A stretch of DNA of 64,000 bases from Pristiophorus japonicus (GCF_044704955.1 NC_091983.1:159340001-159404000); one strand, 5' to 3'. Shown: positions 38,137 to 51,267, numbered from the stretch's first letter. A program made the numbers and translations. Notes: generated by a model not told the origin, from the letters alone.

Positions 38137-38215
38137 CAGAGCTATGGGGAAAGGGAGGTGAGTGGGACTAGCTGAGGTGCTCTTGCAGAGACTCGTCATG
38201 GGCTTGATGGGTCAC
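38137..38215 (+). mobile_element. CR1 3' UTR fragment (target of E4)
   Basis: GCTATGGGGAAAG...GAGTGGGACTA resembles CR1 ORF2 end (GYGE) and 3' UTR. Confidence 0.5.
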
Positions 38216-38911
38216 CTTTGGTTCTTTTGCCAATCACCTTAAATCCACTTAACCACCTCCAAACTTTAAGCTCAATTGTCTTTTCTTCCTTCTGACATTA
38301 AGTATTATACTGGCCATTGGTAATGAGCAGAAACTCTGAAATTGTGGTAAATGCTGGACATCCTTTGGGTATTTACTCCTAGTTGCTATCCACATGATAG
38401 AAATACATGATGGTGTGGATGCTTACATTGGGATTTTGCCGGCATTCAGAGGGCAGGTTTGGAGGTGGGTCCGTTGTCAAAATCACAGAGGATTGACAGC
38501 GAGGTGGTATCCCGGTCTGAACCTGCCTCCTTGTAAGCTACTGCCCGTTATTGCTCCGACCACAACCACCCAGTTTTAAAGTACTTACCTGAGTTGGGCC
38601 CAGCGTTATGCACGATTAAGTATTGCCAGCTGGGATACAAACTTCATTCAGAGTGGAGATTACTAGAAAATTTTCACCATCATAACAGGCTGGCTGATCA
38701 CTCCAGCTGTTCCATCTTCTCCAATTTATTTTACATCACAAAGCCAGAAACTTTAAAAGAGCAGTCAACTAGACACTAATCTTGCGTAAATGTTCACCAA
38801 CACCATGACCTGCAAAAGCGCAGCTTAAACAAGGCCCAGCTCCGGCAGGGAAACTTCAGATACTTTTGTGTTTTCCTACAATCTGCTATTGGCACTTGCA
38901 GGTCATTTCAA

Positions 38912-39045
38912 AATTAAGAGGGATTTTGATAAAGTAAAATAGGGAGAAGCCGTTTCCACTGGCAGAAGGGTCAGATTTAAGGTAATTGCCCAAAGAGCCA
39001 GAGGGGAGAGGGGAAGATTTAAAAAAATATATAAACACAGAGACT
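38912..39045 (+). mobile_element. Old CR1 fragment
   Basis: Degenerate GFDKV..EK.FPLAEGS..FKVI ORF2 C-terminus. Confidence 0.6.
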
Positions 39046-39074
39046 GGTTAATCAGTTAAAACAACTAGATCCGG

Positions 39075-39355
39075 TTTAATGCTCAGTTTGTGTCGAGTTA
39101 GCTAATCGAGGTGAAACTGATGTCTTTGGAATTGGCCTCGACGCCCCCAGTCTGGGAGAAGAGTATGAAAACCAGGGTTTGAGCTCCTGATCACTGTCCA
39201 ATGACCCCTGCTGGAAATTGCATGGCACACTGATGCATGGATGGGCACGCACACACTCTTCGGGTGGCAAGTGAGCAAGAGACGACATGAAGGCTTCGGG
39301 CACCCTCAAGGAATACAAGGTGATTGGACAGTCCCACCATGTCCAGGCTCACATC
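39075..39355 (+). mobile_element. LF-SINE-like SINE
   Basis: GAGTTAGCTAATC, AATTGGCCTC, CCAGGGTTTGAGCTCCTGATCACTGTCCAATGACCCCTGCTGGAAA and TGTCCAGGCTCACA match recalled LF-SINE blocks. Confidence 0.75.
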
Positions 39356-39359
39356 TGCC

Positions 39360-40742
39360 TGTCGTGCAGCGTTCCCACTTTGGCGGCTAAGCCGCCACGG
39401 ATTCACCATGGCGATCGGTGTGCGCCATTACATTCCGCTTGATCCCGCTTCATCGGGCTGGAATCCACTGACAAGGAACCGGTGGCCGCCGATAGAAAGG
39501 ACCCTTCAAGTCCTGCCATCCCTCCCTCCTCCTGTACCACCGTTAAACGCTTTGAGGAGCGTTCTCCTCCAGCTCCTCCAGCACCATCTCCTCCGTCTCT
39601 TCCACCATCTCTTCATTTGTTCTTCCCTGCAATGAATCCTCTCTGGGAGGGGCAGGCGGCTCCAGCTGTGCAACTATAAAAACATAACATTAATGGTTGG
39701 CGGCAGGGGAGGGGAGGGGTCAGAGGTAACATCAGAGCAATTCACTTTGCGCAGGCTTATGTGGGGAACAAACCTTTTTTACCAAGAATCATTTCATGAA
39801 ACCATCATAAGCAAAGTATAGAGAAAGTACATGACATAATAAAAGTTGAGTCCCAAACAGTTTACTTTCCAAGTGACAGAGTGTGATCTACCAATAAATC
39901 ATGTCACAACTAACAACATTTCTTGCTCCCAGCATTACATTACATTCTACATTATATTGCCATAAGATTGAATTACATGACCGCTGTATAGTCCAGGGAT
40001 TATGCAGACTTACCCTCCAGGAGAATTGGTTCGGCACCAACACACGTGGTGGTACGATCATACGCTCCCGTCAGGGCTGCAGCACGTTCTTTGAGGTCCA
40101 TCAGAGGAATAATCTTCGAAGGACTACCGCCTGTTTTGCGGAGTTCCGCCCTATTGCCGGCTAATTATATCTGCAAAGAAGACAAAAAATTTGTGTGAAC
40201 TAATTTGACAGCTACTAATACAGAACACACACACACATACATACATACACATACACATATATAGGTACACATCCCCAATTAACCGTCCCCAGTCTTTTCT
40301 TCAACGAGTGCACCATTTAAGTTCTGTTAGCATGCAAGTGTTGCATGATGAACACATGAAAATACAGAGGACTAACACATTAAGATTGATTATGGGCAAT
40401 AATGACACCAAGCTTTACAACATAATAAAATGTGGCACTACTTAAGAGTACTTCGTCAATACATGATAAAAGTTAGTACTTACTCTCGTAGATCCAACGA
40501 TGTCATTCCACCGTTTGCAGCACTGGTTCAGCCCCCGTATCACGGGCGCAATGGAGGACAACACCTCAGCAATCTCTTGCCATAACTGCTGACGGTGACG
40601 GCTTCCCTCATCCACCCCATGTTAACTGATTCCAACGGGCCTCCACGTCACCAATCAATGACTGCTGGGCTTCCTCTGAGAAACGAGTGGCCCTCTTCCT
40701 CCCACCGAACAGACCCTCCACTTCCATGGCTTGATGTTCCAT
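39360..40742 (-). pseudogene. Three-exon Harbinger Myb/SANT-like (trihelix) DNA-binding protein pseudogene
   Basis: Exon 1 40742-40484 (RKRATRFSEE...WQEIAE...QCCKRWND, donor GTAAGT). Exon 2 40170-40014 (NRAELRKTGGSP, acceptor TTTGCAG, donor GTAAGT). Exon 3 from 39673 (acidic). Intron phases are consistent; stops and a frameshift are present. Confidence 0.82.
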
Positions 40743-40744
40743 TT

Positions 40745-40915
40745 TCTTGATATTGATATTTATATATATATATTTGAAATTATTAATTAATTAATTTATT
40801 ATTATTATTAAATTATTTTTTAAGATCTATTATTATTATAATTATTACTAGTTATATTATCAATTATGTTATTTTATATTATGATATAATAGTCAATATA
40901 CTGAATATAATTAAT
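40745..40915. repeat. AT-rich low-complexity tract
   Basis: (TA)n and (TTA)n runs. Confidence 0.85.
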
Positions 40916-41004
40916 GTACTCCTCAAAAATCCTTTCACAGCTCCTCTCTCACTGACTTCAACCAACCTCTACAGTTTCAAAATGTCCAGTGCTGTCCTAG
41001 TCTT

Positions 41005-41090
41005 CTCTATGCATGCGCAGAGTCACCCTTGATCCTAAAATCGCGGGAGAATGACTGCGCATGCGCAGAGAAGTATTTCCGGATGTTTTT
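41005..41090. promoter_or_regulatory. Putative Harbinger promoter with NRF1 and ETS-like motifs
   Basis: TGCGCATGCGCA at 41056-41067, GCATGCGCA at ~41011 and TTTCCGGATG at ~41076, about 300 bp upstream of the Myb/SANT ATG. Confidence 0.45.
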
Positions 41091-41273
41091 GCAGTTGTTC
41101 TGCTTCTCTTACTAAAGGTAAGGAAATCACTGAGTTTCGCCGGTTTTTGCCACCCGCTCCAGTCCGCTATCGCTAGGTTTCACCACCGCCGACATCGAGA
41201 ACCCGAAAACCACGGGAGCGCGCACCAGCGGTAGTCCGGCGGTTCAAAAGACGCAACCATCGGAATACCGTTA

Positions 41274-44200
41274 AGGATGCAACGAACAGGGTGGATAAAG
41301 GGGAACTAGTGGATGTGGTGTATTTGGATTTCCAGAAGGCATTTGACAAGGTGCCACATAAAAGGTTACTGCACAAGATAAAAGTTCACTGGGTTGGGGG
41401 TAATATATTAGCATGGATAGAGGATTGGCTAACTAACAGAGAACAGAGAGTTGGGATAAATAGTTCATTCTCAGGTTGGCAACTAGTAAATAGTGGGGTG
41501 CCGCAGGGATCAGTGCTGGGACCCCAACAATTTACAATCTATATTAATGACTTGGAAGAAGGGACTGAGTGTAACATAGCCAAGTTTTCTGATGATACAA
41601 AGATGGGAGGAAAAGCAATGTGTAAGGAGGACACAAAAAATCAGCAAAAGGACAGAGAAAGGTTAAGTGAGTGGACAAAAATTTGGCAGATGGAGGATAA
41701 TGGCGGAAAGTGTGAGGTGATGCACTTTGGCAGAAAAAAAATCAAAGAGCAAGTTATTATTTAAATGGAGAAAGATTGCAAAGTGATGCAGTACAGAGGG
41801 ACCTGGGGGTATTTGTGTGTGAAACACAAAAGGGTAGTGTTATATATGTAAACTTGTATTTACTCTGTACAGTCACCAGAGGGCTCATCCCCCGGAGTCC
41901 CAAGGGATCCCATAAACCTTTGGGAGCATAGGTATTTAAGGAGGCCTCACAGGTTGGAGAGGCACTGTGGAGACCTGCACTAAAGGACTAAGGTCATACT
42001 TTACTTTGAGCTCACAGTGTTCAGTCTGACTCTTTTTCCATACATAACAACTGGCGATGAGATACAGATAAAAAACCAAAGATGCAGAGAACAGTGGGCA
42101 TCCTGGAAAAATTTTCGCTGGAAATGATTGGGAAACTTTTGTGGAGCGACACGACCAATACTTTGTGGCTAACGAGCTAGATGGGGAAGAGAACACAGCC
42201 AAATGAAGGGCGATCCTCCTCACCATCTGTGGGGCACCAAAGTATGGCCTCATGAAGAATCTGCTCACTCCAGCGAAACCCACCGCGAAATCGTACGATG
42301 ATTTGTGCACACTAGTCCGAGAGCATTTGAACCCGAAGGAAAGTGTTCTGATGGCAAGGTACCGGTTCTACACCTGCAAAAGGTTTGAAGGCCAGGAAGT
42401 GGTGAGTTATGTCGCTGAGCTAAGACGCCTTGCAGGACATTGCGAATTTGAAGGACATATGGAGCACATGTTCAGAGACTTTTTCATACTTGGCATTGGC
42501 CACGAAACGATACTTCGCAAACTTTTGAATGTAGAGACCCAAACCTTGAGTAAGGCCATAGCGATAGCCCAGCTGTTCATTGCCACCAGTGACAATACGA
42601 AGCAAATCTCTCGGCACACATCTGCTGCTACAAGTACTATGAACAAAGTGATGTTGTTTTCGAATCGCAACTTACAGGGCAGGTCACACATGTCTGCAGC
42701 TGCACGTCCACAGATGTCTCAGAGTCCACCATCAACAATGATAAATGCAAGGCCATTAACACCTTGTTGGCGCTGTGGGGGTGATCGTCATTTCCATTCA
42801 TGCCGATTCAAAGAGTACTTTTGCAAGGGCTGTGGAACAATGGGACACTTCCAGCGTATGTGCAGGTGAGCTGCAAACCCTGCTAAACCTGCAAACCACC
42901 ATGTTGCAGAGGAGGACAGGTCGACAGAGGATCACGATGAACCAGAGCCTCAGATCAAGGAGGCAGAGGTACATGGGGTGCACACATTCACCACGAATTG
43001 TCCCCCGATAATGCTGAATGTTGAACTAAATGGACTCCCAGTGTCAATGGAGCTGGACACGGGCGCGAGCCAGTCCACCATGGGCAAAAAGACTTTCGAA
43101 AGGTTGGGATGCAACAAGGCCTCAAGGCCAATCTTAACTCCAGTTCGCACGAAACTAACAACTTACACAAAAGAACTGATTCCCGTAATCGGCAGTGCTA
43201 CCGTAAAGGTCTCTTACGATGGAGCGGTGCACAAGCTACCACTCTGGGTGGTACCGGGAAATAGTCCCATGCTGCTCGGCAGGAGCTGGCTGGGAAAGAT
43301 ACGTTGGAACTGGGATGACGTCCGAGCGCTCTCGCCCGCTGACGACACTTCGTGTGCCCAGGTCTTAAACGAATTTCCTTCGCTGTTCGAACCAGACATC
43401 GGGAAATTGCAAGGAGAAAAAGTGCAGATCCATCTAATTCCGGGGACGCGACCCATCCATCACAAGGCGAGAGCAGTACCGTTCATGATGAGAGAAAGGA
43501 TAGAGATCGAGCTAGACTGGCTGCAAAGAGAGGGCATCATTTCACTGATCGAGTTCAACGAGTGGGCCAGTCCTATTGTCCCAGTCCTCAAGGGAGACGG
43601 CACCATCAGAATCTGTGGCGATTACAAAATAACTATCAATCATTTCTCCCTGCAGGACCAATACCCACTACCAAAGGCCGATGACCTCTTTGCAATGCTG
43701 GCAGGAGGAAAGACGTTCACAAAGCTGGATCTGACTTCAGCCTACATGATGCAGGAACTGGAGGAATCATCGAAGGGCCTCACCTGCATCAACACGCACA
43801 AAGGTCTTTTTATTTATAATAAATGCCCGTTTGGAATTCAATCAGCGATGGCGATATTCCAGAGAAACATGGAAAGCTTACTGAAGTCGGTCCCGCACAC
43901 CGTGGTCTTCCAGGACAACATCTTGGTCACAGGTCGGAACACAGTCGAGCATCTGAAGAACCTGGAGGAGGTTCTTAGTCGACTCAACCATGTGGGGCTC
44001 AGGTTAGAATGCTCGAAGTAAGTTTTCCTGGTGCCTGAAGTGGAGTTGTTGGGAAGAAGGATTGTGGCGGATGGCATCAGACCAACCAACGCGACGACAG
44101 AGGCAATCGAGAACGCACCGAGGCCACAGAATGTGACGAAGCTGCGGTTGTTTCTGGGACTCCTGAACTACTTTGGTAACTTCTTACCGGGTCTCAGCAC

Positions 44201-47069
44201 ACTGTTAGAACCACTTCATGTCTTACTATGAAAAGGGGATGAATGGGTTTGGGGCAAAAGCCAAGAAAATGTCTTTGTAAAAGCGAGAAAATTGTTATGC
44301 CCAAACAAATTGCTTGTGTTGTATGATCCACATAAGCATTTGGTACTAGCATGTGATGCGTTGTCATATGGCGCTGGGTGTGTATTGCAACAAACTAATG
44401 ATTTCGGGAAACTGCAACTGGTTGCTTATGCATCCAGAAGTCTGTCTAAGGCTGAGAAAGCCTACAGCATGATTGAGAAAGAAGGGGTAAAGAAAATGCA
44501 TCAATACTTGTTTGGGCTAAAATTCGAATTGGATCTGACCATAAGCCACTCATATCCCTGTTTTCCGAGAGCAAAGGAATCAATACTAACGCATCGGCCC
44601 GCATCCAGAGATGGGCGCTCACGTTGTCCGCATACAACTACGCCATCCGCCACAGGCCAGGTACAGAAAACTGCGCCGATGCTCTCAGTAGGCTGCCATT
44701 GCCACCATGGGTGTGGAAATGATGCAGCCCGCAGATTTAGCTATGGTTATGGAAGCATTTGAGAGTGAGCAATCACCCGTCACTGCCCGGCAGATCAAAA
44801 CCTGGACAAGCCAGGACCCCTTATTATCCCTAGTCTAAAGCTGTGTGCTTCACGGGATCTGGTCCAGTATCCCAGTGGAAATGCAGGAAGAGATAAAGCC
44901 GTTCCAGCGGCGTAAAGATGAAATGTCTATACAGGCAGACTGTCTTCTGTGAGGCAATCGAGTAGTGGTTCCCAAGAAGGGCAGAGACACCGTCATCAAT
45001 GACCTCCACAGTACCCACCCAGGCATCGTAATGATGAAAGCAATAGCCAGCTCCCACGTGTGGTGGCCCAGTATCGATGTGGACTTAGAGTCCTGCGTTC
45101 ACAGATGTAATACATGCTTGCAGTTAAGCAATGTACCCAGGGAGGCGCCGCTAAGTTTATGGTCTTGGCCCTCCAAACCGTGGTCTAGGGTACACGTCGC
45201 CTATGCAGGCCCGTTCTTGGGTAAAATGTTCCTTGTGGTTGCAGACGCGTACTCCAAGTGGATTGAATGTGAGATAATGTTGGTGAGCACGTCCGCTGCC
45301 ACTACTGAAAGCCTGCCGGCCATGTTTGCCACACACAGCTTACCCGATGTCCTGGTGAGCGACAACAGGCCACGTTTTACCAGTGCTGAGTTCAAAGAAT
45401 TCATGACCCGTAATGGGATCAAACATGTCAAATCTGCCCCGTTTAAACCAGCGTCCAATGGTCAGGCAGAGAGAACAGTGCAAACCATCAAGCAAGGCTT
45501 GAAGAGGGTAACTGAGGGCTCACTGCAGACTCGCCTATCCCGAGTCTGGCTTAGCTACCGCATGAGACCCCACTCGCTCACCTGGATCCCACCTGCTGAA
45601 CTGCTCATGAAAAGAGCACTCAAGACAAGGCTCTCGTTAGTTCACCCTTATCCACATGAACAGGTAGAGAGCAGGCGGCTTCAATAAAGTGCATACCATG
45701 ATAGCGCAAATGTGTCACGCGAGATTGAAATCAATGATCCTGTATTTGTGTTGGATTATGGACAAAGTCCCAAGTGGCCTCCCGGCACTGTCGTGGCCAA
45801 AGAGGGAAGCAGGGTGTTTCGGGTCAAACTTTCAAATGGACTCATTCACCGGAAACACTTGGACCAATCAAACTCAGATTCCCGGACTATCCTGAGCAAC
45901 CCACCTTGGACCCTATCTTTTTTGATCCCCCAACATACACACCAGTGACAACCGGCAGCACGGTTGACCACGAAGCAGAACCCATCATCCACAGCAGCCC
46001 AGCAGGATCCAACACACCAGGCAGCCCAGTAAGGCCAGCTGCACAGCAACTCAGCGAGGGCCCAACAAATGATCCAACAACACCAGCTTTCACACCGAGA
46101 TGATCAACCAGGGCAAGAAGGGCCCCAGATCGACTCACATTGTAAATAGTTACACTAGTGACTTTGGCGGGGCGGGGCAGGGGGGGGCGGGGGCGAGTGT
46201 TGTTATATATGTAAACTTGTATTTAATCTGTACAGCCACCAGAGGGCTCATCCCCTGGAGTCCCAAGGAATCTCATAATCCCTTGGGAGCACAGGTATTT
46301 AAGGAGGCCTCACAGGTTGGAGAGGCATTGTGGAGTAAAGGACTAAGGTCACACTTTACTTTGAGCTCACAGTATTCAGTCTGACTCTTTCTCCATACAT
46401 AACAGGTGGTATGCAGGTACAGCAAGTGATCAGGAAGGCCAATGGTTATTGCAAAGGGGATGGAGTATAAAAGCAGGGAAGTCTTGCTACAGCTATATAA
46501 GGTATTGGTGAGGCCACACCTGGAATACTGCTTGCAGTTTTGGTTTCCATATTTACAAAAGGATATACTTGCTTTGGAGGCAGTTCAGAGAAGGTTCATT
46601 GGGTTGATTCCAGGGATGGGGGGGTTGATTTATGAGGAAGGATTGAGTAGGTTGGGCCTCTACTCATTGGAATTCAGAAGAATGAGAGGTGATCTTATCG
46701 AAACATATAAGATTATGAGGGGGTTTATGACAAGGTGGATGCAGAGAGGTTGTTTCCACTGATGGGTGAGGCTAGAACTAGAGGACATGATCTTAGAATA
46801 AGGGGCCGCCCATTTAAAACAGAGATGATGAGAAATTACTTCTCTCAGAGGGTTGTAAATCTGTGGAATTCACTGTGGAAGCTGGGACATTGAATAACTT
46901 TAAGACAGAAATAGACAGTTTCTTAAACGATAAGGGGATAAAGGGTTATGGGGAGCGGGCGGGGAAGTGAAGCTGAGTCCATGATCAGATCAGCCATGAC
47001 CTTATTGAATGACGGAGCAGGCTCAAGGGGCCATATGGCCTACTCCTGATCCTATTTCTTATGTTCTTA
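41274..47069 (+). mobile_element. CR1 subfamily A, 5'-truncated, split by E5
   Basis: Pieces 41274-41837 and 46405-47069, with RT motifs and a TTCTTATG tail. Confidence 0.93.
41838..46404 (+). mobile_element. Gypsy (Mag-like) LTR element E5, same family as E4
   Basis: LTRs 41838-42049 and 46201-46404, TSD GGTAG/GGTGG, PBS TGGCGATGAG, ORF remnants 42252-42869, 42978-44021 and 44965-45687. Confidence 0.95.
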
Positions 47070-47194
47070 AGTGCAGCCTACAATGAGGCTGTACAGGTAG
47101 TCACAAGTTATTAATATTTTGACATCGTACTTTTTATATTCATCTCCAGATAGCCACACCTCTGTAATCAACCTCTCTCTTACATTACAGCAAA

Positions 47195-50100
47195 ATTCTA
47201 AAGGGACAAACCTGAAGGCTCTGTGCCTCAATGTGAGGGGTATTCGGAATAAGGTGGACGAATTAACTGCGCAGATAACAGTTAAGGGGTATAATGTAAT
47301 GCATCACGGAGACATGGCTGGGAACTCAACATCCAGGGGTATTCAGTATTTAGGAAGGATAGACAGAAAGGAAAAGGAGGCGGGGGTGGCGTTGCTGGTT
47401 AAAGAGGAAATGAATGCAATAGTAAGGAGGGACATTAGCCTGGATGATGTGGAATCGGTATGGGTGGAGCTGCGGAATTCCAAAGGGCGGAAAACGCTAG
47501 TGGGAGTTGTGCACAGACCACCAAACAGTAGTAGTGAGGTTGGGGACAGCATCAAACAAGAAATAAGGGATGTGGGCAATAAAGATGCAGCAGTTATCAT
47601 GGGCGACTTTAATCTACATATTGATTGGGCTAACCAAACTGGTAGCAATGCGGTGGAGGAGGATTTCCTGGAGTGTATTAGGGATGGTTTTCTAGACCAA
47701 TATGTTGAGGAACCAACTAGAGAGCTGGCCATCCTAGACTGGGTGATGTGTAATGAGAAGGGACTAATTAGCAAACTTGTTGTGCGAGGCCCCTTGGGGA
47801 AGAGTGACCATAATATGGTAGAATTCTTTATTAAGATGGAGAGTGACATAGTTAATTCGGAAACTAGGGTCCTGAACTTAAGGAAAGGTAACTTCAACGG
47901 TATGAGGCATGAATTGGCTAGAATAGACTGGCAAAGGATATTTAAAGGGTTGACGGTGGATAGGCAATGGCAGACATTTAAAGATCACATGGATGAACTT
48001 CATCAATTGTACATCCCTGCCTGGAGTAAAAATAAAACGGGGAAGGTGGCTCAACCATGGCTAACAAGGGAAATTAAGGATAGTGTTAAAGCCAAGGAAG
48101 AGGCATATAATTTGGCTAGAAAAAGCAACAAACCTGAGGACTGGGAGAAATTTAGAATTCAACAGAGGAAGACTAAGGGTTTAATTAAGAGGGGGAAAAT
48201 AGAGTACGAGAGGAAGCTTGCAGGGAACATAAAAACTGACTGCAAAAGCTTCTATAGATATGTGAAGAGAAAAAGATTAGTGAAGGCAAACGTAGGTCCC
48301 TTGCAGTCGGACTCAGATGAATTTATAATGGGGAACAAATTAAATGGCAGACCAGTTGAACAAATACTTTGGTTCTGTCTTCACGAAAGAAGATGCAAAT
48401 AACCTATCGATTGTACTAGGGGACAGTAGGTCTAGTGAGAAGGGGAACTGAAGGATATCCTTATTAGGCAGGAAATTGTGTTAGGGAAATTGATGGGATT
48501 GAAGGCCAATAAATCCCCGGGGCCTGATAGTCTGCATCCCAGAATACTTAAGGAAGTGGCCCTAGAAATAGTGGATGCATTGGTGATCATTTTCCAACAG
48601 TCTATCGACTCTGGATCAGTTCCCATGGACTGGAGAGTAGCTAATGTAACACCATTTTTTTAAAAAGGAGGGAGAGAGAAAACGGGGAATTATAGACCGG
48701 TTAGCCTGACATCAGTAGTGGGGAAAATGTTGGAATCAATCAATAAGGATGAAATAGCAGTGCATTTGGAAAGCAGTGACAGGTTTTGACTAAGTCAGCA
48801 TGGATTTATGAAAGGTAAATCATGCTTGACGAATCTTGTGGGATTTTTTGAGGATGTAATTAGCAGAGTGGACAAGGGAGAACCAGTTGGTGTGGTGTAT
48901 TTGGACTTTCAAAAGGCTTTTGATAAGGTCCTGCACAAGAGATTGGTGTGCAAAATCAAGAACATAAGAACATAAGAACATAAGAATTAGGAACAGGAGT
49001 AGGCCATCTAGCCCCTCGAGCCTGCTCCGCCATTCAAAAAGGTCATGGCTGATCTGGCCGTGGACTCAGCTCCACTTAGCCGCCCACTCCCCATAACCCT
49101 TAATTTCCTTATTGGTTAAAAATTTATCTATCTGTGATTTGAATATATTCAATGAGCTAGCCTCAACTGCTTCCCTGGGCAGAGAATTCCACAGATTCAC
49201 AACCCTCTGGGAGAAGAAATTTCTTCTCAACTCGGTTTTAAATTGGCTCCCCCGTATTTTGAGACTGTGCCCCCTAGTTCTAGTCTCCCCGACTAGTGGA
49301 AACAACCTCTCTGCCTCTATCTTGTCTATCCCTTTCATTATTTTAAATGTTTCTATAAGATCACCCCTCATCCTTCTGAACTCCAACGAGTAAAGACCCA
49401 GTCTACTCAATCTATCATCATAAGGTAACCCCCTCATATCTGGAATCGGCCTAGTGAATCGTCTCTGTACCCCCTCCAAAGCTAGTATATCCTTCCTTAA
49501 GTAAGGTGACCAAAACTGCACGCAGTACTCCAGGTGCAGCCTCACCAATACCCTGTACAGTTGCAATAGGACCTCCCTGCTTTTGTGCTCCATCCCTCTT
49601 GCAATGAAGGCCATGGTATTGGGGGTAATGTACTGACATGGATAGAGAACTGGTTGGCAGACAGGAAGCAGAGAGTCGGGATAAACGGGTTCTTTTCAGA
49701 ATGGCAGGCAGTGACTAGTGGAGTGCCGCAGGGCTCAGTGCTGGGACCCCAGCTCTTTACAATATACATTAATGATTTAGATGAAGGAATTGAGTGTAAT
49801 ATCTCCAAGTTTGCGAATGACATTAAACAGGGTGGCGGTGTGAGCTGTGAGGAGGACGCTAAGAGGCTGCAGGGTGACTTGGACAGGTTAGGTGAGTGGG
49901 CAAATGCACGGCAGATGCAGTATAATGTGGATAAATGTGAGGTTATCCATTTTGGGAGCAAAAACACGAAGGCAGAATATTATCTGGATGGCGGCAGATT
50001 AGGAAAAGGCGGGATGCAACGAGACCTGGGTGTCATGATTCATCAGTCACTGAAAGTGGGCATGCAGGTACAGCAGGTGGTGAAGAAGGCAAATGGTATG

Positions 50101-50745
50101 TTGGCCTTCATAGCTAGTGGATTTGAGTATAGGAGCAGGGAGGTCTTACTGCAGTTGTACAGGGCCTTAGTGAGGCCTCACCTGGAATATTGTGTTCAGT
50201 TTTGGTCTCCTAATCTGAGGAAGGACGTTCTTGCTATTGAGGGATTGCAGCGAAGGTTCACCAGATTGGTTCCAGGGATGGCTGGACTGTCACATGAGGA
50301 GAGAATGGATCAACTGGGCCTTTATTCGCTGAAGTTTAGAAGGATGCAAGGGGATTTCATAGAAACGTATAAGATTCTGACAGGACTGGACAGGTTAGAT
50401 GCGGAAAGAATGTTCCTGATGTTGGGGAAGTCCAGAACCAGGGGACATAGTCTAAGGATAAGGGGTAGGCTATTTGGGACTGAGATGAGGAGAAACTTCT
50501 TCTCTCAGAGAGTTGTTAACCTATGGAATTGCCTGCTGCAGAGAGTTGTTGATGCCATTTCATTGGATATATTCAAGAGGGAGTTAGATATGGCACTTAC
50601 GGCTAAGGGAATCAAGGGGTATGGAAAGAAAGCAGGAAAGGGGTACTGAGGGAATGATCAGCCATGATCTTATTGAATGGCGGTGCAGGCTCGAAGGGCC
50701 GAATGGTCTACTCCTGCACCTATTTTCTATGTTTCTATGTTTCTA
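47195..50745 (+). mobile_element. CR1 subfamily B-like LINE with near-complete ORF2 (APE endonuclease + RT)
   Basis: CLNVRGIRNK, GDFN, LDWV and SDH endonuclease motifs, RT motifs, and a TTTCTATG tail at ~50724-50744. Confidence 0.95.
48960..49612 (-). mobile_element. CR1 3' fragment inserted antisense in the CR1 above
   Basis: (AACATAAG)n tail and ORF 49066-49614; it interrupts the host KIK|AHGIGG. Confidence 0.93.
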
Positions 50746-51267
50746 GTGTGTACTTTGCAATAATCACTCTTGATATAGCAACACAAGGCTTTTACTGATA
50801 AGAGAAGTTATGATTTTCCCCATTTTTGCTGCAGATGGTGGATTGTTTGTGTGTGAAGGCCAAAGAAAGGATAACAGTTAGGTTGCATAATATGGAAGAA
50901 ACATAAGACAACTGACATGAAAAAGTCAGCATCTAGGTACCCTAAATGGAATGAAACCAAAATTCTATAACATGTGTATTCCTCTTAGCCATCATTAGTC
51001 TGCAGCTTTTAAAATAGAAGCTATGCAGCAATCCTCTGTAATACAATAGGCCACTTAAAATGGTATAGAATGTAACAGGATTCCTGCAATTAACACCATT
51101 TTCCCATACAGCTCACATTATATAATCAGGCCCTAATGGAAAATTTCAAATATTTCTTTGAGGGTATTTTGTGTATTTTTTGATGAGGGAGTGGAGGATA
51201 TAGTTGGTGAGTGATCGGGGAGGGTGGGGGCGGGCGGGGGGGGGGGATGTGGGGGAGGAGGGGGGAG

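Noticed and set aside
47119-48402. Host endonuclease gene
   Set aside because: It is the APE domain of a CR1 ORF2, with frameshifts.
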